62,507 bases of DNA. It comes from Pachysolen tannophilus NRRL Y-2460 (taxonomy: Eukaryota). The DNA lies in contig KV454014.1 of NCBI GenBank assembly GCA_001661245.1, forward strand, positions 1,383,989-1,446,495, read 5' to 3'. Positions 55,374-62,507 of the stretch are shown here, one piece after another. Position 1 is the first letter of the stretch. Every line of letters starts with the position of its first letter. Made by a program: the position numbers and the translations under genes. The notes below the pieces were generated by a model. That model made no database searches and was not told where the DNA came from. It saw nothing but the letters and a program-made list of their open reading frames with translations.

Positions 55374-57239
55374 TTAACATTCATTGTCACCTTTCTTGGT
55401 AACCTTTCTCAACAGTCCGTGGAACCAGTTAGCAATAATGTCTTCGTCATGTTTGTAGACTTCTTCGCCATCTTTTAATTCTTCTTTGGCTTGTTCATCC
55501 GTTAACTTTGGATCTCTCAAGAATAAAGAACAGATAAATAATGGAGCACAGAATACAACTGCAACTAAGGTTTCCAAGTTCTGGACATATTTGTAAGCCT
55601 TGACTAAAGCTTCTCTTTCTGGGGTACCCCAAGTGTAAATTAAGATGAAATCGTATGGGGAAGCATAAGCTGAGGCGGCTAAAGTAGCATCACCCATGTA
55701 TTCCAAAATTTTTTTATACAATGTTTGAGTCCAGATGGCACCTGAGACAGCGGAACCAACAGCAGCACCAATTCTGTATGTGGTGTAACACAAAGAGCTA
55801 ACGTTAGCCATATTTTCATGGGAAGTGACAGATTGTAAGGAAACGTTGATAGGATAAGTTAAGAAACAGGTACCCAAACCCATGACACAAAGAGCACCAA
55901 TAATACCTGAGTGTGATTCTTCACCACCTCTGTATCTCATTAACATACCACATGCTGTGAACCATAAAGCACAACCGAATGCAATGAAACCCTTTAATCT
56001 TTTGAATTTGACAATGAACAACCCGTAGAATGGAGCGGCAACGACACCGACGAATGATGAAATTACAGAAATTCTTGTAGCTGATTTGGTGGATTCATTA
56101 ACTGCAATAATCAAGACGGTGTAAAGGTAGTCACAAGCCATATAGTAGATGAAGTCAAATAAGAAAGAGATAACAAGAGCAGACCAAACTCCACGATCTT
56201 TAATTAAGCCGAATGGAGCAATTGGGAATCTAGCGAAAAAGTGTTCGTAGATGATAAAGATTGGAATCAAGACACCACCTAAAACAATTGGACCAATAAT
56301 GTTTCCATGTCTCCATTTTTCGGTTACACCACCTGCTAAAGTTAAAGGAACCAATAGACAGCCTAATGAAGCAACCAATAATATTAAACCGATGACATCT
56401 AATTTCCAGAATAATTCGACCATGAACTTAACAAAACGAGAGCCGCGACCTGATACATTCAGCTTCATTTCAGCTTTATGTTCTTCAATTAATTCCTTCC
56501 ATTCTGCGGTCCTGCCTGCTAACCATCTCATATGTAGCATACAGCATAACATTGGGATACAACTTAAAGGAAAAATAAAAGCCCACATACCGATACCCCA
56601 ACTCCAGTTATCACCACCGACTTCAGCAGTAATGTTACCACTAATCCATGTGTTAATGATGAATGGGAAAGTTGGAACAAAAGTATAGAACAATCTCCAT
56701 TTCAATGAAGAGAAATCTGACAAGATTAATAACAAGACCAATATGATACCGGTGTAACCAATATAATATAACACTGATCCACCAGCGTATCTTTGAACAT
56801 CATAAGATTGAGATTGAATAATGGTTCCAACAACGTAAAAAAGAACAGCAACAACGAATAATTGTATTCTACCGAAAACGTCACTTAATCTTGCGTAAAC
56901 TGGCTGTGAAGCTGCACCAACAACAGCCTCAATAACGTTAACAGTGGACAATAAAGAATGGGTACTGTAAGCAGAAGTAGCATACGAAGTGAAAACGTAC
57001 CTAATGTTACCATCTAAACCGTAACCGTAACCGACTAATAATGCACAAAATAAAATCAGAAATTTGTGATAAATAGTGTCGTATTGAGCAGCAATAATCT
57101 CAGTTTTTCTTATAACCAAAGATTTTTTTGGAGCTGCTGTTTCAATGTCAGAAGTGGTTCTCTCATGAGAAGAAACATCTTCTTCCTTTTCAGGCTCATG
57201 AGACACAGAGTGATTTCTTTCTTTAAGTTCAGAATTCAT
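55374..57239 (-). CDS. Siderophore-iron transporter, ARN/SIT family
   Basis: YATSAYSTHSLLSTV, ARLSDVFGR, PFIINTWISG, WSWGIGMWAFIFP, GAIWTQ, WGTPER. Confidence 0.93.
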   Translation of the reverse strand: MNSELKERNHSVSHEPEKEEDVSSHERTTSDIETAAPKKSLVIRKTEIIAAQYDTIYHKFLILFCALLVGYGYGLDGNIRYVFTSYATSAYSTHSLLSTVNVIEAVVGAASQPVYARLSDVFGRIQLFVVAVLFYVVGTIIQSQSYDVQRYAGGSVLYYIGYTGIILVLLLILSDFSSLKWRLFYTFVPTFPFIINTWISGNITAEVGGDNWSWGIGMWAFIFPLSCIPMLCCMLHMRWLAGRTAEWKELIEEHKAEMKLNVSGRGSRFVKFMVELFWKLDVIGLILLVASLGCLLVPLTLAGGVTEKWRHGNIIGPIVLGGVLIPIFIIYEHFFARFPIAPFGLIKDRGVWSALVISFLFDFIYYMACDYLYTVLIIAVNESTKSATRISVISSFVGVVAAPFYGLFIVKFKRLKGFIAFGCALWFTACGMLMRYRGGEESHSGIIGALCVMGLGTCFLTYPINVSLQSVTSHENMANVSSLCYTTYRIGAAVGSAVSGAIWTQTLYKKILEYMGDATLAASAYASPYDFILIYTWGTPEREALVKAYKYVQNLETLVAVVFCAPLFICSLFLRDPKLTDEQAKEELKDGEEVYKHDEDIIANWFHGLLRKVTKKGDNEC

Positions 57240-60200
57240 TCTTATTTCGAAAGTAAGGATATCTTAAAGAATTGTCAACAAGTGATGAAAGAAAAAAAGA
57301 GAAGAAGCAAGTTTGAAATTTCAAAAAAAGAGCGATTTGCTCTCTTATATAGTTTATCTTTATCTATACTACAAAAACTTTTTGGCTTGAGTGAAATGGA
57401 TGAGGAAAAAGAAAAAAGAAAAAAACTTCTCATGACAATAAAATAATTCAAAAAACTAGTCGAAAAGTTTTTGGTATAAGAAAATTTGTTACATACTGCA
57501 GCCGCATGGGATGAACCTAGCGAACGAAAACCTAAAAAGCAACCGATGTACGCAGGACATGACCGATAAATCCCCTAAAAAGTCAATTTGTACTGCATAC
57601 TCTTTACCTAACACTTAAATTGAATGATACAGTAAAAAAGTTGTATTTAAAGAATTGAAACAGAAGGAAAAAAGTGATTCTAGTGAAGCAATATTCATTA
57701 AAATTTATTTTTTATTGAAAGGAAAAGATGAATTATCGAAAAGATCTTATCAAAAGAATCTAATCGATTTCATCAAAGTTGACTTTATGATTATGGGCCC
57801 TAATTTCTCTCTGTTTCTTTTTTTGCCAAGTCATCTGCGAAGTCTTTTAATTACATATCTATGCATTAGCTAAAAATTAATTAATCGTGTGCAGAAACCA
57901 ACATACTTTTACAAAGAACCCTTGAGCATTAAAGACATGAATTCAAAGATTCAGAGAAAGAACAATAGACCAAAGAAACCACATAGCCATTATAAAATGA
58001 GAAAGAGATGTTTTCCAGGGGCAATTAAACATTCAATGCAATGAAGTCCTTTGACTAGTTACTCGTTGCTTTCAATATGTTCTCAGTGGCCAAATGGCGT
58101 GGAACCAATGGCGTGCCGAAAGTAATTTCGAAAACTGAATGAGGTACTTAATACCTAACACCGAAAAGATATAATTTGCTGGGCAAAAATTTGTTTTGAG
58201 TTATTTAAATAATTTTTCTACTGAGTTCCAAGGTTGCGACATTTAGCTTTTGCATTTATTGGCGTATTAAAAAAAATAATTGATACCTAAAGGAAAGAAA
58301 ATTCATTTAATTGCTCTTAAAACGCATAGAGTGCATTAACGAACCTGCGAATAGTGGAGAGTTCATCTTTTTCAATATTAAATTTAAATTCAATCTGTTT
58401 CTGTTTTAATAAGAAAATAGAAAAAGTAATATTACTTACCGATATATTTCTGTGATGCGGCAAGATTACATACTTAAATAGCAATAAATAGATAATTATG
58501 AAACCATAAGTAGCAAGAAGACTAAAATTAACTACTATTTTTTAGATGCTTTAAACGATAATAACGTTCAAACAATAGACGTTGCAAAAAAATTTTATAA
58601 TCATTACCGTTTCTACCATCTATGCTCTAGTATAAATCCTATGGTGGCTTCCTCGTTATTTCAAAGATGTCGGAAAATTCCTATTTGTTGAATGAATAGC
58701 TTGAACTTGTAAAATAAAAAATGCATTTAATGTTTGATCATCAAAAATTTTTAGTGCTATAGGAAATGGTCGATTTTAAAAGCTAGGAATCCAATATAAT
58801 TTGATAAGCATATACTATTTTAACGGGAATAAATAATTTGAGAGGCATATGATTGTTATGATTATAGAGTAATTCCGATTAACGTAATATTAAGTGTTTT
58901 TAAGAGAACTTAGAAGCCCCAGGATAGATGCATCAATATTTTTTCCATGTCTCGGTTTCTTATCGAAAGAGAATTAAAACTAATCTGATAATATTTGAAA
59001 GACCAGATTTCATTATATTGTGAAACCTAGACATGCACACTAGAGATTGCTTTCGATTAAAATAAAATTTACTGGAGATAAGAGAAATCTGGAAGATGTC
59101 TAAGATTTAAAATACAAAGCAAAAGTGCTTATGTAAACAATACAAAATGAAAAAGCAAAATTAATTAGATTCTTGAATTTGTTTTTGTTAAAAGTTGAAA
59201 GATATTCCTTTTTTTAAATTCAGTAGTTGTAGACCAGAGACAACAGTTCTGACTGATAATATCTATGAAAAATGCAAAGAAATATATCGAAAGCTGGATG
59301 GTACTTACTAATAAAGCTAGAAAAATTCGAACAAGTAATTGTCAAAAATATTTTGAAAGAGGTACTAGATGGGAGTGTTTGCTTTGCTATTTAATACATT
59401 AATACCATATTACTTTTTCTTTCAAAATTATACTGTACATTAGATCTGACAATTCATTTGCTTTACTTTTTAAAATAAATCAAATAAAACAAATAAAACC
59501 AAGTGCTTAAAATATCAATTTTAAGACACCTTAGGTCGTGAGAATAATTTTGTATTAAAACTTTAAGACATCTTAAAGACACAATTATTTGGGTTGAATC
59601 CATCTGTTCTGACAGAATTGAGTGTTGCAGTGACTTACTTTCAAAATTGGATCTCATAGAAAATTGAACCAGACTTATACTGAATATGGAATTCTCTTCT
59701 ACTATATTCGTGTAATTTATACAAGCAGATGCTTGTCTAACGTGACTGTCAGTACTGAATTTTATTTAGAAGGTACGGTTAGGAAAGAATTCAATTTAGT
59801 TTGATATGTTCACTAATTACAAAAAATTTGATACTTATTCTCAGATCAATTTTTAGCCTCTTTTTGGTCTATATTTATAGAAGAAACTTTAATTCATCTC
59901 AGGTCTTTTGGCAGATAAAAAGATTTCAATATTCTTTTGCTATTACTATCTCTGAAATGAATTATTTTTCGTAAATAAATCATATATTAAAACTGTTTTC
60001 AGAAAAAATCACAAACACGGTGACATCAATTGATGTCGTTTTGAAAGAAATGAAAAAGATAGAAAATATAATTTTAATTTGAAGAAGAATTTCCTGAATT
60101 TTAAATGTTGAAACTGGTTTCACTGAAGATATTAAATATTAACAGCGATATAAAATTGATGCGACAAATCTGAACTCCGACTAGAAGTTATTCAATATTT

Positions 60201-60920
60201 TTAAGGTTAAACTAAAATTTGAATTTTGGTAATCATAAGAGAGAAAGAAAATTCTGAGGTCCATTTTGTTTTTAAGTTTATCCAAAACTCAAAGAAGAAG
60301 GCAGTGGATTATAATAAACTAGAGTTGAAAATCACCAATGGAAATCCTTTTATGTGGAAAGAAAGATTGGTATATGCGGACACTAAAATCTGAATTTATT
60401 TTATGATTATCTGAAGCACATGTCAAGCACACTCATTTATTGATGTTTTAAATAGATTCAATTGAGAATTGTTTACTTTCTTATATCATTTTAAAAAAAG
60501 AAAACTCTGTTTTTCACTTGCATAATAAAAGGGTTTATTACTGTCTTTTTTAGTTATAGCCGCATAAAAGTGCATATAAAATAATATCAACTACTCGAGG
60601 ATCTTCTTGTTATCAACTATAATTAGTAATATTCAGGGTCTAATCGGATACCAATGACATCAGTATATTAATAATGGCTCTGTCCAAGAGCTTACTGCCA
60701 ATGAAAAACTGAATTCCATCTTGTTCATGAAGAGAAATGAAAGCTTAAGTTAATCTAAAAATAGTTTAATTAATTTCTAATTATACATAAGTGAGAAAAC
60801 CCTCAACAACCAAAAATGAAAAATATACAAAAGCCAAAGGCTTTCCAACTGCACAAACAAATTATTCTGTTACTCAATATATCACTTTACTAGGTTCCAA
60901 CAGTTCATTATACTGCGAAA

Positions 60921-61385
60921 ATGAAGTTTAATTTGTTTGCAATTTTGAGTTTAGTGTTGACAGTTTCTCCATCAGCTGCTTACTATGTTTTCAGTGAAGT
61001 TTCGTTAGTCACTGTATCTAATGATACGGAGACCAGCGGATTTCCTCTAGCTGCAATGGGTGAAGGCAACAATGTTGAGTACCTTTTCTATGAAGGTGCT
61101 ATAAAATATAACTATAACAATGTGACTGGTTCAATTTACACTACGGATGAAACAATTATATCACTTCAAGTTAACACAAGCACCTTGATTATTGAGTTTG
61201 CAAACTCGACTACTTATGACTATTGGAGTTTCGATAGTAACGATTATTTACAACTTAATGGTTCTTCTAATGGATTTTACCTCTGTAAGAACTTTGATGA
61301 TCCTTCTGGTTATTCGGAAACTCGTTATGGTCTCGTTTACGGTAACATCAATACATCTTGCAAGCCAATAAAGCTTGTAACTTAG
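60921..61385 (+). CDS. Small secreted cell-wall-type protein (Rhd3/Pga29-31-like domain) without a GPI tail
   Basis: Signal peptide, N-glycosylation sequons, and the two-Cys pattern FYLCKNFDDP.GYS....GL......CKPIKL. Confidence 0.7.
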   Translation: MKFNLFAILSLVLTVSPSAAYYVFSEVSLVTVSNDTETSGFPLAAMGEGNNVEYLFYEGAIKYNYNNVTGSIYTTDETIISLQVNTSTLIIEFANSTTYDYWSFDSNDYLQLNGSSNGFYLCKNFDDPSGYSETRYGLVYGNINTSCKPIKLVT

Positions 61386-62119
61386 CTCAACTGTATACAA
61401 CTCACTTCATAGGCACTAATGTGGCTCTTGGCCTTAAGTGTATTACTAATTTTTTTGCAGGTTAGATTTTAAAGTGGGACTTGAAAAGAGAACGATAATA
61501 TATTTTTTCATTTTCTTTTACTTAAATTTTTTTTTATTTTAATTCTTTAACGATTACTATTTTGATACCTTTTACAATATTTTTTTGATTTAAAGTTAAT
61601 ATAATCACTGATACCCTTTATAGCTATAAGCTTAATTGGTGTAGTAGTGGTATTCGATATTGAGAGATTGATCTTGATTTTAGATAAGGGTCTTTAGTAA
61701 AATTTGTTGTGGCATGATTTAGTAATTTTAAAAGAATGCCACTTCTTATTAAAAGAGGAATTACTTCAATATCTGAACGCTAAAGCTCATAATAATATAT
61801 AACAGCAAAAATTGTTATTTTTACCACAAGGGCAAAAGAAAAAAAAAGAAGCAGCAAATTTCTATCAAGATAATCTTCATCCATGTAGTTAACAGAAACC
61901 AAATAAACACAGTATGGGAACTAAGGATAATAGAGGAGTCAATCTATAAAAAGTGGATCACAGTTCTATTGTAAATATGATGATTAGCTTTGAGAAAAGA
62001 GCTTTAAAGAAAGCTTTACGAAAAGGATTCACTCAAATATAGTAGTAATATTCCGAGTACATCTTGCATTAATAGTCTTATTATAGTGTTGAAATCATAA
62101 TAACATAATCGCAGCAGAA

Positions 62120-62152
62120 GTGCGTGGTGTGCGTGGTGTGCGTGGTGTGCGT
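62120..62152 (+). repeat. Telomere-proximal variant repeats, (GTGCGTGGT)x3 plus a partial GTGCGT
   Basis: Read directly; the unit differs from the main repeat by one A>C substitution. Confidence 0.95.
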
Positions 62153-62507
62153 GTGAGTGGTGTGAGTGGTGTGAGTGGTGTGAGTGGTGTGAGTGGTGTG
62201 AGTGGTGTGAGTGGTGTGAGTGGTGTGAGTGGTGTGAGTGGTGTGAGTGGTGTGAGTGGTGTGAGTGGTGTGAGTGGTGTGAGTGGTGTGAGTGGTGTGA
62301 GTGGTGTGAGTGGTGTGAGTGGTGTGAGTGGTGTGAGTGGTGTGAGTGGTGTGAGTGGTGTGAGTGGTGTGAGTGGTGTGAGTGGTGTGAGTGGTGTGAG
62401 TGGTGTGAGTGGTGTGAGTGGTGTGAGTGGTGTGAGTGGTGTGAGTGGTGTGAGTGGTGTGAGTGGTGTGAGTGGTGTGAGTGGTGTGAGTGGTGTGAGT
62501 GGTGTGA
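62153..62507 (+). repeat. Telomeric repeat array (GTGAGTGGT)n, about 39 perfect copies
   Basis: Homogeneous 9-bp tandem array, G-rich strand 5'->3' toward the sequence end, running to the last base. Confidence 0.97.

Noticed and set aside
4959..57873. The many short (60-145 aa) ORFs antisense to or nested in long genes, or lying in A/T tracts (e.g. 8833-9072 poly-Cys, 25618-25914, 56251-56688, 26485-26769)
   Set aside because: Shadow frames of real genes or of simple repeats. The poly-Cys is the antisense of the Not1 poly-Gln, and the GVDGV repeats are the 9-mer array.
60022..60037. Perfect 16-bp palindrome GACATCAATTGATGTC
   Set aside because: An 8-bp-arm palindrome is expected by chance at this length and composition, and there is no supporting context.
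62120..62507. Terminal array as a CRISPR or satellite; tRNA, rRNA or transposon genes anywhere in the window
   Set aside because: The array has no spacers and the context is eukaryotic. I recognised no tRNA, rRNA, LTR, transposase or reverse-transcriptase signature by eye.

Overview
Very AT-rich budding-yeast (Saccharomycotina) chromosome arm ending in a true telomere: about 39 copies of the 9-mer GTGAGTGGT, preceded by variant GTGCGTGGT units. The left ~38 kb is mostly housekeeping: a partial Tda9/Rsf2-type zinc-finger TF, an H/ACA snoRNA read as snR3, NOT1, HSP12, a Sic1-like protein, RGD2, SAC6, ZAP1, MTC5 and an Mps2-like protein. The right ~24 kb is a subtelomeric nutrient-scavenging block: URH1, an ATO transporter, a PhyH dioxygenase, a Gfo/Idh/MocA dehydrogenase, a GNAT, a sugar porter, an MFS transporter, an arylsulfotransferase, ACC deaminase, a DLD1-like dehydrogenase, a siderophore transporter and a secreted wall protein. 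Two paralogous sugar porters give internal evidence that CUG is read as Ala (8 of 12 CTG codons face Ala), which points to the CUG-Ala clade (Pachysolen/Nakazawaea/Peterozyma); the supplied ORF translations would then be wrong at CTG. Four spliceosomal introns were resolved by hand. Other signals: an interstitial telomere-like 9-mer array, an AGCC(G/A)CA motif recurring in accessory-gene promoters, and a twice-repeated divergent acetyltransferase/sugar-porter layout. Gene identities come from recalled family motifs, not database searches.
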